A stretch of 64,000 nucleotides of DNA, from IMG/VR virus record IMGVR_UViG_3300027969_000040; one strand, 5' to 3'. Numbering within the stretch: the stretch's first letter is position 1; each line of letters begins with the position of its first letter. This DNA comes from a virus (taxonomy: Duplodnaviria; Caudoviricetes). The notes beneath the pieces were generated by a model. It was not told the origin of the DNA. It did not search any database and was given only the letters and a program-made list of their open reading frames with translations. Shown one piece after another: positions 49,015 to 58,050 of the stretch. A program made the translations under genes and the position numbers.

Positions 49015-51324
49015 TTATTTTCCTTTGTATTGTTGATCCACCATCTCTTGGTGTAACCTATCACTGCTTAATGATCGCAACGCACGAGCGTTATCGATTG
49101 TTTTTTGATTTCCGTATATGTCCTTTGGTGCATAAAATGTACCATCTTTCATTACTGTTATTGAATACACATCAAAGCCTCGAGGTTGTGTGGCTATTGA
49201 TGCAATATCTACTCCGCCTGCTAATTCATTTGGCTGCACATTCCGCTTAACTGTTTCGGTTTGTTGTTCGGTTTGTGCTGTTTCTATATTAGCACGAGTT
49301 TCTACTATTTCTGTAATAGATGTACCACGAGACATTGTACTAGTCGCAGGCATTACAGGCATGTCAATATCTAATGATCTACTTTCTATTTTAGAAAATT
49401 GTACTGGTGCTGTTTCTGCAACTGGTTGTTGTATGGATAACAAGGAACTCAACTGTTGTTCGTTATATGTAGTACTTTTATTTGCTGAATATGCAGCAGC
49501 CATTGAAAATACCGAAGTAGCATTTATCATTGGTTGATATATCTGTTCAACTGGTGTTGTACTAGCAACCAAATTTGAAGATTGCACCGATATAGCCATT
49601 AAACTTTGCAATGAAGTTGTAGTAGGACCTTGTAACTGTATTGCTGTCACTTGCTGAGGTGTTGCAATAGAAGTTTGAGATGATTGCATAGTACGATCTT
49701 GTGTTGCTTGGCCGCTGGCAGCACTCATTGTGTTCAGCACATCCACTGTGGCCATTGCTTGTTCTTGTGCATTAGCTGCCGAAGTTGCCGCCACTTGCTG
49801 TGCGTTCTGTACCGCTGCTGCTTGTGTAGCTCGATCTGCTGCTTGTATTTGCCCAATCAAACTCATAATTAAACTCATGTTAGGCGTTGACTTATTTGAT
49901 TGTTGCTGCTGAGCACCAGCACTTGCTACTGGTGGTGCAGATGCTTGTGATTGTTGTGCTATAGCTTGTACATCTTTCAATGTTTGCGGAATATTATCTG
50001 GGGCAGTAATTGCTCCAGTTGCAGATAATTGAGCACCACCTACATTAGTAACAGGTGCGCTGGCTGTACTGGACTCTTGTTGGGAAACAGATGCTGGGCC
50101 TACTACACTTGATGTAGTAGCACTGCTCTTACTCAGACTAGCAGCAAATGCAGCACCATATCCAGTGCAACTAGAACTATATAACGGATCTTTTGCACAA
50201 GGATCGGCAGTATAAATTATATTAGACCAAAAATTCCCAACCGACGATCCCTCACCAGATGATGCTCCTGACAGTCTAGCGGTACCCAATGCTACTTGAT
50301 TTAAACTTGATGGTAACAGGTATTTGTCTGTTACTATTCCGCTAGTACCTTCGGCTGTATAGTTATAAACTCGTTGGTTTAATATACGATTATTATTGTC
50401 GGTCACTGATGCGGTTACCCGCGCCATGGCAGGTATATCCATATACCAACTACATGAGCCGTCGCTATTTGTAGCAGTACATCCAGACCAACTTTGACCA
50501 ACATTATAGCTGAAGCCAAAATTAAATCCATGCACTGTGGCACCTATCCCCGCGTTAGTTAACGCAGTATTAATTGCAACTGCTTGATTATACGAGTTAG
50601 TAAAACCGTTTGACGGTAATAAATTATTAGTGGTAGTAACATTATTAAACCCTGCACATGTAGGTGCATATGCCGGATTTGTAATGCATGGATCAATGCG
50701 ATATTTTAAACTAAAACTAACATTGTAAATTTCAGGACCGTAATTGCCAGCCCAAAAATTGTTGTCCTTACCAATAAAACCCACTTGGGCATTGCTATAG
50801 TTTGTGGCAGCAATTGGGCTAGCAAATATTTCACTAAAGTTAAATTGAGTCCAATTGTATTTTCTATTAGTTTGGCTAGTGTAATCATAGTTTGCTGCTA
50901 GTCCACCTGCGGCATCATAAAATTTAACATAAGCACTCAAATAGTCCTGTCTGCCATCATCCCAACCATTGCCGTTCTTAGCCATAAAGCCAAAGTTGAA
51001 TCCGCTGAGTTGCACACCTGTGCCGCCAGCGGCCAGTGCTCGATTTATATTAATAATTTGATTTAAGTCGGTTTGACCGTAACTGAAATTGATATTGCCG
51101 CCATCTCTGATGCTAGGTCTAGGGCCACAATTACCGGGCTGACCAGCCTGAAAGCACAGTTGGTTGACATAGACACCGTTATTCCAGGTGCTGGTTGTAT
51201 CCGTGGCACCAGTACCGGTATTAATTAAATTACCGGTAGTTGGATCTACTGTTTGACTATTAGAAGAACTTAAAGACAAAAGCACCAAGCAAAGCGCCGA
51301 TGCCCAATTTCTGATACGTATCAT
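49015..51324 (-). CDS. 769-aa exported protein with beta-rich N-terminal domains and Gln/Ser/Ala-rich linker
   Basis: Signal-like N-terminus; repeated C..(N/D)P.Y...C.G; low-complexity middle region. Confidence 0.8.
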   Translation of the reverse strand: MIRIRNWASALCLVLLSLSSSNSQTVDPTTGNLINTGTGATDTTSTWNNGVYVNQLCFQAGQPGNCGPRPSIRDGGNINFSYGQTDLNQIININRALAAGGTGVQLSGFNFGFMAKNGNGWDDGRQDYLSAYVKFYDAAGGLAANYDYTSQTNRKYNWTQFNFSEIFASPIAATNYSNAQVGFIGKDNNFWAGNYGPEIYNVSFSLKYRIDPCITNPAYAPTCAGFNNVTTTNNLLPSNGFTNSYNQAVAINTALTNAGIGATVHGFNFGFSYNVGQSWSGCTATNSDGSCSWYMDIPAMARVTASVTDNNNRILNQRVYNYTAEGTSGIVTDKYLLPSSLNQVALGTARLSGASSGEGSSVGNFWSNIIYTADPCAKDPLYSSSCTGYGAAFAASLSKSSATTSSVVGPASVSQQESSTASAPVTNVGGAQLSATGAITAPDNIPQTLKDVQAIAQQSQASAPPVASAGAQQQQSNKSTPNMSLIMSLIGQIQAADRATQAAAVQNAQQVAATSAANAQEQAMATVDVLNTMSAASGQATQDRTMQSSQTSIATPQQVTAIQLQGPTTTSLQSLMAISVQSSNLVASTTPVEQIYQPMINATSVFSMAAAYSANKSTTYNEQQLSSLLSIQQPVAETAPVQFSKIESRSLDIDMPVMPATSTMSRGTSITEIVETRANIETAQTEQQTETVKRNVQPNELAGGVDIASIATQPRGFDVYSITVMKDGTFYAPKDIYGNQKTIDNARALRSLSSDRLHQEMVDQQYKGK

Positions 51325-52549
51325 CTATTTTTACCTCATCTGTTTTCGGAATTTGATCTTTGTTTTCGTTCCATGCTGTACGAGCTGCTTCACCAATTTT
51401 ACCATCATACGGGCAAGGTGTTCCTGCTGCTAACATAGCATCAAAAACTCTACGGTCTTGGCACATGGTAGCAACTGCTGCAACCTTCATACCCATATCG
51501 TATAATGTTTTGCTTAGTTTCAATCGTTCGCAATTCATATCACGAACTGTTCCACCACTGCTAACACCAAATATTTGAGTTTGCACACTTCCGCTAGTAC
51601 CTGTACTACATAGGTCGGCATTACCGCCCGACATCATTGTTGGTGCAACTGCTGTCGGGGGAGGTTGAATAACACGTTGGGTAATTGTTGTTTCGTTGAT
51701 ATTTCTGTTGGTCATGTCACCTGTATTAACATTGTTGTTTTGATTAACATTGTTATTTTTGTTTTCACTGGTACTTGTATTGGTATTTTTATTGTCACTA
51801 GTGGATGCATTGTTATTATTATTGGTCATTGTGCCAGTATTAACATTGTTATTATTATTGGTCATTGTGCCAGTATTAACATTGTTATTAGTGTTCACAT
51901 TAGTAGCGGTACTAGTATTTGAATTAACATTATTGTTATTGTTGGTCATTGTACCGCTGTTTATGTTGTTATTGGTGTTTACATTAGTAGCACTACTAGT
52001 ATTAGAATTTTGATTAATGTTAGTCATTGTACCACTATTAACATTATTGTTATTATTAGTGTTAACATTAGTAGCAGTACTAGTATTAATATTACGGTTT
52101 GTCATATCTCCGGTATTAACATTGTTGTTTGTATTAACATTGGTACTAGAATTTGTATTCTGATTGATGTTAGTCATTGAACCGGAATTGATGTTGTTAT
52201 TAGTATACGTCATCGAACCACTATTAACATTGTTGTTATTATTAGTCATTGTACCGTTGTTGGTATTCTGATTAATATTAGTCATTGTACCGTTGTTGGT
52301 ATTATTGTTATTATTAGTGTTAACACTTGTACTACCAACGGTAGTTTGATTGATATTAGTTATGGTACCACTGTTGACATTATTTGTATTGACTGTGCTA
52401 GTACTATTAGAAGTACTGTTGGTATCGACCAGCGTAGTCGAACCATAGCCGCCGGTTAGGCTAGTACTTTGGTTAATCGGTGTTGTTTGCGCAATTACTG
52501 TAATGGTAAAAATTAACGCAACTATCCCCGTGAGGATTTTTCTAATCAT
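51260..52549 (-). CDS. Exported protein with Asn/Thr-rich repeats and a Cys-rich C-terminal domain
   Basis: Signal peptide; about 10 N(V/I)N(S/T)G(T/S/D)MT units; C-terminal CERLKLSKTL..MCQD..GTPCP and TM tail. Confidence 0.85.
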   Translation of the reverse strand: MIRKILTGIVALIFTITVIAQTTPINQSTSLTGGYGSTTLVDTNSTSNSTSTVNTNNVNSGTITNINQTTVGSTSVNTNNNNNTNNGTMTNINQNTNNGTMTNNNNNVNSGSMTYTNNNINSGSMTNINQNTNSSTNVNTNNNVNTGDMTNRNINTSTATNVNTNNNNNVNSGTMTNINQNSNTSSATNVNTNNNINSGTMTNNNNNVNSNTSTATNVNTNNNVNTGTMTNNNNNVNTGTMTNNNNNASTSDNKNTNTSTSENKNNNVNQNNNVNTGDMTNRNINETTITQRVIQPPPTAVAPTMMSGGNADLCSTGTSGSVQTQIFGVSSGGTVRDMNCERLKLSKTLYDMGMKVAAVATMCQDRRVFDAMLAAGTPCPYDGKIGEAARTAWNENKDQIPKTDEVKIDDTYQKLGIGALLGAFVFKFF

Positions 52550-52612
52550 TATATAACTCCTATGCTAGTAACCGTATTTAATCAAAAACGGGTTAAAAGT
52601 ATAGTAGGTATA

Positions 52613-53206
52613 TTAATCTATTAGAAAACCTTTTTTTAGATAGTCTGGGGAAGAAATAAAACGCAGAGTGTCTGTTTCTTCAACAGCCATATCTTCCCAA
52701 ACGGGTATAGCTATGCTGTTATTGTAGACAAAATCTGGGTTACCTCTCAGGTGAACTTCGATTATTTTGTTGCCAATAAATTCAATGTTGGCATGCTCAA
52801 ATTTACGTAGCACTGACACTTCCAATGGTATATGATTCAGGTCGCTGACCTTTACCCATTTAGAAAAACGATACAAAGGATCATCAGCTTCTCTGAAACC
52901 TTCGACTGCTAGCACAGGCACGCCGTAATTATAATCTACACTTATGTGTCTGCCTGCAAAAATTTCACACCAAAAGTACCCTGCTGGCAGATGATCTGTT
53001 GAGTCTTGTATATAACGAACACTGGCACCTATTCCCATTCCTTTAAGATTACTAATAGGTCTAACAATATAGTTGCCGGGCGTGGACACAGGAATGCCAG
53101 CTGGGCCACACTTATAACCCAATTTCCGAGATAGAATTAATTTATCAAATAGCCAAAGGTCGTTAACTTCTGCGGCAACCCAAGCCTGTTCATCTGTTGT
53201 TATCAT
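52613..53206 (-). CDS. Hypothetical protein, possibly ATP-grasp-like
   Basis: YIVRPISNLKGMG, WCEIFAGRHISVD and IIEVHLR resemble ATP-grasp blocks. Confidence 0.55.
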   Translation of the reverse strand: MITTDEQAWVAAEVNDLWLFDKLILSRKLGYKCGPAGIPVSTPGNYIVRPISNLKGMGIGASVRYIQDSTDHLPAGYFWCEIFAGRHISVDYNYGVPVLAVEGFREADDPLYRFSKWVKVSDLNHIPLEVSVLRKFEHANIEFIGNKIIEVHLRGNPDFVYNNSIAIPVWEDMAVEETDTLRFISSPDYLKKGFLID

Positions 53207-53225
53207 AAAAATATTTATGTCATAA

Positions 53226-53250
53226 AGAAAGGTAGCCTAAACTACCTTTC
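53226..53250. terminator. Intrinsic terminator
   Basis: GAAAGGTAG-CCTAAA-CTACCTTTC. Confidence 0.75.
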
Positions 53251-53294
53251 TCGTTACTTGAACAATTTATTGAATATTTGCCGGAATCCGGAAA

Positions 53295-53951
53295 TTACTT
53301 TCCCAATAGTGTATCAACTTTGGCTTCGGCAGCATCTAAACGTGCTTCGATTGCATCCAATGCTGGATCTGCTGGGGTAGCAACTGCCTCAACAATTTGT
53401 TGTTGTACTTCAGGAGCAACTGTTTCAACACCAGTGGCAGTAGCAATAACTTCAGCAACTGCGTCGGCAACTTGTTGTGCTACTTCTGGTGCTGGTGCTG
53501 GCATGTCAGCAACTGCTTCCATGATAGCGGCTGTAATTGCAACTGGATCTGTTACAACTTCTGGCTCTGCGGTAACAACTGCCTGAACTGCGGCTGAAAC
53601 GATATCAGCAACTTCTTCATGAGCAAGTGGCTCTGCTTCTGCTTGTGCTTGAACAACGTCAGCAACAATGTCGGCGGCTGCTGGTACTTCGGCGCTTGGA
53701 GAAAGTGCAACTACTTCTGCAACTGCTTCTTCAATGCTTTCAATTGCTTGTGCTACTGCTGCAACAATAGCGTCAACGTGTTCTTGAGTTTTTACTGCGA
53801 TTAATTGATCAACTTGAACTTCAACAATGGATAATCTTGCATCTAATTCGTCAATGCTTGTGGCACTGTCGGTGTTAACTTCTGTACCAGTTAGTGTTGC
53901 TAACTTGGCTTCTACGGCTACTAATCTTGCGGCTAGGTCTTCTAATCTCAT
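53295..53951 (-). CDS. Highly acidic Ala/Val/Glu-rich protein
   Basis: Start at 53951 (AGGAG SD); heptad-like segments at both ends. Confidence 0.8.
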   Translation of the reverse strand: MRLEDLAARLVAVEAKLATLTGTEVNTDSATSIDELDARLSIVEVQVDQLIAVKTQEHVDAIVAAVAQAIESIEEAVAEVVALSPSAEVPAAADIVADVVQAQAEAEPLAHEEVADIVSAAVQAVVTAEPEVVTDPVAITAAIMEAVADMPAPAPEVAQQVADAVAEVIATATGVETVAPEVQQQIVEAVATPADPALDAIEARLDAAEAKVDTLLGK

Positions 53952-54122
53952 AATGTGCTCCTGATATTTTGAGTGTGTGCATCGCACACACGTATTTACA
54001 GATATAATCATTACACAAGTATTACACTTAGAATATTAATGTTTAAATGCATTAATATTAAAATTGTGTTACAACCTTAGAAAAATATTTTTAACTAATA
54101 AATACCACACAAGGAACACTAT

Positions 54123-54731
54123 ATGTCTATACTGGAAACACTGCGTCAACAGCGATGGGACGATCATCGCTACTATCACCATAGTCGTATTAATCAATTC
54201 TTACACTTAATCAGTGCTCTATCATTTATAGTAGCCTACATTTATTTGTTTATAGATCCTGTTGTGAGTGCTTATATAGCATGGTTAATTTCCATGACTA
54301 CACGTCAAGCAGGTCATTTCTTTTTTGAACCCAAAGATTACGACACTTATAATCAGGCTACACAAGATCATAAAGAAGCCATTAAAATTGGATATAATCT
54401 TAAACGAAAAAGAGTATTGATTGCTTGTTGGTTAGCAGTTCCGTTGCTAGCATATTTTGATGCAGCATTGTTTAACTTTGTCATGCCAGATGCTGCGCCG
54501 GACACATTATTAGATAGAATTGGTTGGGGATGGTTATGGTTAGGACTGGCCGCTGTTGTGTTTCGTATGATACAACTTACTGCTATACAAAGTCGCCGTG
54601 TCGCATTGGTATGGTGTATTAAGATATTAACAGATCCATTCCACGATGCAATTATATATCGCAAGAGTCCTATATATTTAATGCAGGGACAATTGATTGA
54701 TCCTGATCTAAGACAAGACTACGAAGATTAG
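54123..54731 (+). CDS. Multi-TM protein, Mpo1/DUF962-like
   Basis: DDHRYYHHSRINQFLH followed by TM helices, GH.FFE motif. Confidence 0.6.
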   Translation: MSILETLRQQRWDDHRYYHHSRINQFLHLISALSFIVAYIYLFIDPVVSAYIAWLISMTTRQAGHFFFEPKDYDTYNQATQDHKEAIKIGYNLKRKRVLIACWLAVPLLAYFDAALFNFVMPDAAPDTLLDRIGWGWLWLGLAAVVFRMIQLTAIQSRRVALVWCIKILTDPFHDAIIYRKSPIYLMQGQLIDPDLRQDYED

Positions 54732-55732
54732 AGTGGGGTAAGATTGTCTCGGAATATATTCCAGGCATTATCCCAACTCCAACGTTGGCTACCTTGTAGT
54801 ACTACGTCTCTGTTCAATCCCAAACAGCGATGCACAGCAGTGGCAAGGTCTTGGTCCGTGAATCCAGTAACACCCTGATCAACTACATCCAATGGACCTT
54901 GAACTGGGTAAGCAGCAACTGGTGTGCCGCATGCCATAGCTTCAATCATTACAATGCCGAATGTTTCCCACTTGCTAGGGAACACAAAGACATCGGCCAT
55001 CGCATAATATTTTGCTAATTCTTTACCAGTTTTAAATCCTACAAACTCTACATCAGGATATAACTTTTCTAATCTAGCACGGTCAGGTCCATCACCTACT
55101 AGTATTTTAGTAGCGTTAGGATAATCTAAACTACAAAAAACATCTAAGTTCTTTTCTGGACTTACTCTACAAACGCAAAGTAGTATTGGACCATTAACTA
55201 CAGTATCGGTTCTATAACTAGGATTGAATATATCTCTATCAACACCGCGTGTCCATGATTTGATATCTCCCCAGAATCCGTTATCTTTAAGTTCTTTGAC
55301 CATACTATCAGTAGTGGTCAATACACGACCACTATGTTTATGAAACCAACGAACGTACTTCCAAGTAATAGATTCAGGAATACCTAAAACGTTTTTCAAC
55401 CCCTCAGGAAATTTAGTATGGTAAGCAGTATTGTACCTACGATGGTGCCGGTCAAGATAAAATCTAGCGTACAGACCAAGAGGACCTTCTGTGGCGATAT
55501 GTATATAATCCGGAGCCACCTTCCTAATCTTTTTCCCAATTTGCCAGGGAGCCGAAATTTTAATCTCACGGTAGCCTGGGCAACTAACATGTAAGAACTC
55601 CAGGGGAGTAAGGAATACAACATTATAACCGTCCAGAATCGCACGTGCCTGAATATTCTTATACGTAGTGACAACGCCATTTATTTGCTCCGGTAAATTA
55701 TCAGTAATGATTAAGATTGTTTTTTTGTACAT
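54728..55732 (-). CDS. GT4 glycosyltransferase, Agt-like (glyco-diacylglycerol synthase candidate)
   Basis: ILIITD..P.QINGVV.T, IHIATEGPLG, YHTKFPE, RVSPEKNL, VFVFPSKWETFGIVMIEAMACGTPV. Confidence 0.85.
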   Translation of the reverse strand: MYKKTILIITDNLPEQINGVVTTYKNIQARAILDGYNVVFLTPLEFLHVSCPGYREIKISAPWQIGKKIRKVAPDYIHIATEGPLGLYARFYLDRHHRRYNTAYHTKFPEGLKNVLGIPESITWKYVRWFHKHSGRVLTTTDSMVKELKDNGFWGDIKSWTRGVDRDIFNPSYRTDTVVNGPILLCVCRVSPEKNLDVFCSLDYPNATKILVGDGPDRARLEKLYPDVEFVGFKTGKELAKYYAMADVFVFPSKWETFGIVMIEAMACGTPVAAYPVQGPLDVVDQGVTGFTDQDLATAVHRCLGLNRDVVLQGSQRWSWDNAWNIFRDNLTPL

Positions 55733-55887
55733 ACACCTTCTACTTTAAAATTTTTAAACTTTAATTCAAACTTCATTGATCCTAGGGCTACCTCGCAACT
55801 TATTTTATCTTTAAATTCAAGCTCTATCCTACCCGGTTGATCAGCGGGATTGTTTATGTGCATGGCTATTAGTATTAGAGTCCACAT
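55711..55887 (-). CDS. 58-aa protein (MWTLILIAMHINNPADQPGRIELEFKDKISCEVALGSMKFELKFKNFKVEGVCTKKQS)
   Basis: Manual translation; AGGA SD; overlaps both neighbours. Confidence 0.6.
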   Translation of the reverse strand: MWTLILIAMHINNPADQPGRIELEFKDKISCEVALGSMKFELKFKNFKVEGVCTKKQS

Positions 55888-56635
55888 TATCGTTTTCCTG
55901 TGTCCAAGTTATTATTTCCCACTTACCATCGTGATGTTCTACTAGTGCTGTACAACTTTCAACCCAGTCACCATCATTCATATAAGTGATGCCATCTATT
56001 TCTTTAATCTCAGCATGATGTATATGCCCGCATATTACGCCATCATACCCTCTCTTCTTACAGTAGTTAGCAAGATTATGTTCAAAGTGAAAAATAAAAT
56101 CGACAGCTTTTTTAACGCGATGTTTTAAATATTGACTCAGACTAAAATAACCAAAACCTAATTTATGTCTTACCCAGTTAAATCTGGTATTCCAAATTAA
56201 AATAATATCATAGGCAGTGTCACCTAAGAATGCTATCCATGGAGCCAAGCGGGTTATCCCATCAAACATATCCCCATGCACTACAAGATAGTGTTTGCCA
56301 TCAGCACCTATATGTTCTATTTGATTGTGTATCTCAACGAGTCCAAAACTGAACCCATATGGTATCATCGGGCGCAAGAATTCGTCATGATTTCCTGCAA
56401 TATAAACGACACGAGTACCACGTTTAGCATGACCGAGAACACGACGGACCACATTAGTGTGGCTCTGTTTCCATCTCCATTTGTTTTGTTGGATTCTCCA
56501 GGCATCAATTATGTCTCCTACAAGGTATAAAGTGTCGCTGGAATTGTGCTTGAGAAAATTATTGAGTTGATCTGCCTTAGAATCCCTGGTACCGAGGTGA
56601 ACATCGCTGACGAAGATAGATCGGTATGTCTTCAT
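55841..56635 (-). CDS. plcP: Calcineurin-like metallophosphoesterase, PlcP-like phospholipase C (usually annotated as UDP-2,3-diacylglucosamine hydrolase)
   Basis: SDVHLG, LVGDIID.W, GNHDEFLR, HGDMFD, CGHIH, YMNDGDWVESCTALVE. Confidence 0.8.
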   Translation of the reverse strand: MKTYRSIFVSDVHLGTRDSKADQLNNFLKHNSSDTLYLVGDIIDAWRIQQNKWRWKQSHTNVVRRVLGHAKRGTRVVYIAGNHDEFLRPMIPYGFSFGLVEIHNQIEHIGADGKHYLVVHGDMFDGITRLAPWIAFLGDTAYDIILIWNTRFNWVRHKLGFGYFSLSQYLKHRVKKAVDFIFHFEHNLANYCKKRGYDGVICGHIHHAEIKEIDGITYMNDGDWVESCTALVEHHDGKWEIITWTQENDNVDSNTNSHAHKQSR

Positions 56636-56687
56636 ACCAATATTTACCCGTCTAATTAATTTTAAATATTACACTTATGTTACATAA

Positions 56688-56711
56688 GAAGAAACCCGCC
56701 GAAGCGGGTCC
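56688..56711 (-). terminator. Intrinsic terminator of the tmRNA gene
   Basis: ACCCGC-TTCG-GCGGGT-TTCTTCTT on the minus strand. Confidence 0.85.
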
Positions 56712-56755
56712 TTGCTATTTTTGGTGACAAGGTATAACTACCTCGGGTCTAGCAA

Positions 56756-56857
56756 TCAAGCGGCTAGTAAAACTGCTGAGTCATTAGCGGCTTGACGTCC
56801 AAAACGGAAGTTTTTGCCCATAGTAACTTTTACAGTACCTGTTGTATTTGCGTTTGC
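56756..56857 (-). other. tmRNA tag reading frame ANANTTGTVKVTMGKNFRFGRQAANDSAVLLAA*
   Basis: Translated from the GCA after TAAAT to TGA; 33 sense codons. Confidence 0.75.
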
Positions 56858-57013
56858 ATTTACGGATTTTGCGTCTGCAACCAAGCTTCGTCTTTCTATG
56901 CTATGAGCATAGCGACTAAAGTTACCTTAGTCCTGCGGCTTCTGCATTGCCGAGCTGTCCACTCATTTACTTGTTGCTCTGTCGAAACCAGGGCAGGCCC
57001 ATCAAAAAGAAAC

Positions 57014-57148
57014 TTACCATTTACCAATTGGACAATGTGCAAATGGTATTAAAGTTTTAGCCGGCATGTAACATCCGCACTTGTTGCAAACTTTTCGATC
57101 AGTATCAAAATGCTCACATACTATACAAATTGTGTACTTGTCGTTCAT
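57014..57148 (-). CDS. 44-aa Cys-rich protein inside the tmRNA intervening sequence (MNDKYTICIVCEHFDTDRKVCNKCGCYMPAKTLIPFAHCPIGKW)
   Basis: Manual translation; AAGGA SD; CxxC..CxxCGC..K..CP.GKW pattern (DUF6171-like). Confidence 0.8.
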   Translation of the reverse strand: MNDKYTICIVCEHFDTDRKVCNKCGCYMPAKTLIPFAHCPIGKW

Positions 57149-57243
57149 GAATTCCTTTTTGGTGGACCTGGCGGGAGTCGAACCCGCGTCCAGAACACTT
57201 TTCTCTTTGCTTCATACAGCAATAACTTTTATTTATCTCCAAA

Positions 57244-57480
57244 TCAATGTCTCACAGCAAACATACTGCTGATCATTGCTCTTACTAAAACTAAATCACT
57301 TTCACATGTAACTTCTATAGGTTCATCAAGATCTTCATCATCTTCCCATGCTTCCTTTGGAAACTGTAAAAAAGTAAAGATAGTTCTAAAGGTCACAGTC
57401 CTGCCTTGCGTGTAAGCCAACTCTATCACATCCACTATAGAATTCACCACCTGCTGTGTCTTGAAATCTAGCGGAGTCAT
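57244..57480 (-). CDS. Hypothetical protein
   Basis: 78-aa ORF. Confidence 0.65.
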   Translation of the reverse strand: MTPLDFKTQQVVNSIVDVIELAYTQGRTVTFRTIFTFLQFPKEAWEDDEDLDEPIEVTCESDLVLVRAMISSMFAVRH

Positions 57481-57485
57481 GGTAG

Positions 57486-57692
57486 TTAATTAAATGTCAT
57501 GTGCCCGGTTGCATACAGCACAGCCATCACAGGACCTGCAATATGCTCGCCAATCTCATACAGTGCCCACACAGTCAAGGCCACTGCCCACCACGGATTT
57601 GATTCTGCTTTTTGTCCTAACCACATGAAAAACTTGCCATGTGCTTGACCAATTTTATTTGCTAATCGGACTATCATTGTGTTTGATAGCAA
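57486..57692 (-). CDS. Small membrane protein
   Basis: 68 aa, hydrophobic C-terminal half. Confidence 0.6.
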   Translation of the reverse strand: MLSNTMIVRLANKIGQAHGKFFMWLGQKAESNPWWAVALTVWALYEIGEHIAGPVMAVLYATGHMTFN

Positions 57693-58018
57693 CTACGCTC
57701 ACGATAAATTGAACCATCGGCTACTTGGATTTCTTTCCATTCAGAGCATACAGTCTGACGACTAACAAGACTTCGATCTATGTAAATGGTTTGCGGCCGC
57801 ACATACATCGGTTGTGGTCGCACATACCCAAATAACCTACTATCTCTTTCCATTTCCATAACTGTTTGTGGTCGTATATATACTGGTTGCGCTTCACGTG
57901 CAATGATTGCACCTGCAATACCACCAATGATCAACGGCCCAACCCAATCGTTTCGCCCTTGCGCAAAAGACAATGTTACCACACTTGCCAAAATTGTTGC
58001 AATTACTAATTTTTTCAT
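57674..58018 (-). CDS. Exported protein with internal (Y)xRPQ repeats
   Basis: Start at 58018 (GGAG SD); signal peptide ending SFA; three RPQ units. Confidence 0.75.
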   Translation of the reverse strand: MKKLVIATILASVVTLSFAQGRNDWVGPLIIGGIAGAIIAREAQPVYIRPQTVMEMERDSRLFGYVRPQPMYVRPQTIYIDRSLVSRQTVCSEWKEIQVADGSIYRERSCYQTQ

Positions 58019-58050
58019 TGGAATCTCCAAGTTAATAAAGTATTTATAAA

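Larger units (their letters stand above)
56712..57224 (-). ncRNA. ssrA: Permuted two-piece tmRNA: acceptor piece ~57224-57160, intervening sequence 57159-57001, coding piece 57000-~56712
   Basis: T-arm GCGGG-TTCGACT-CCCGC plus CAGGTCC-A-CCA precedes the 5' strand GGGCCTG (G3:U70 pair). GGTTTCGAC D-loop; AGAGCA/TGTTCT and ACAGC/GCTGT inter-piece helices; TAAAT-GCA resume site; reading frame ends LLAA-stop. Confidence 0.9.

Noticed and set aside
57160-57192. tRNA-like sequence (T-arm, acceptor strand, CCA)
   Set aside because: There is no anticodon arm or upstream 5' acceptor strand; its partner strand lies downstream, so it is the acceptor piece of a permuted tmRNA.
56792-57415. Plus-strand ORFs 56792-57052, 57081-57272 and 57110-57415
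   Set aside because: They are antisense to the tmRNA and its embedded gene, with no RBS or recognisable motifs.
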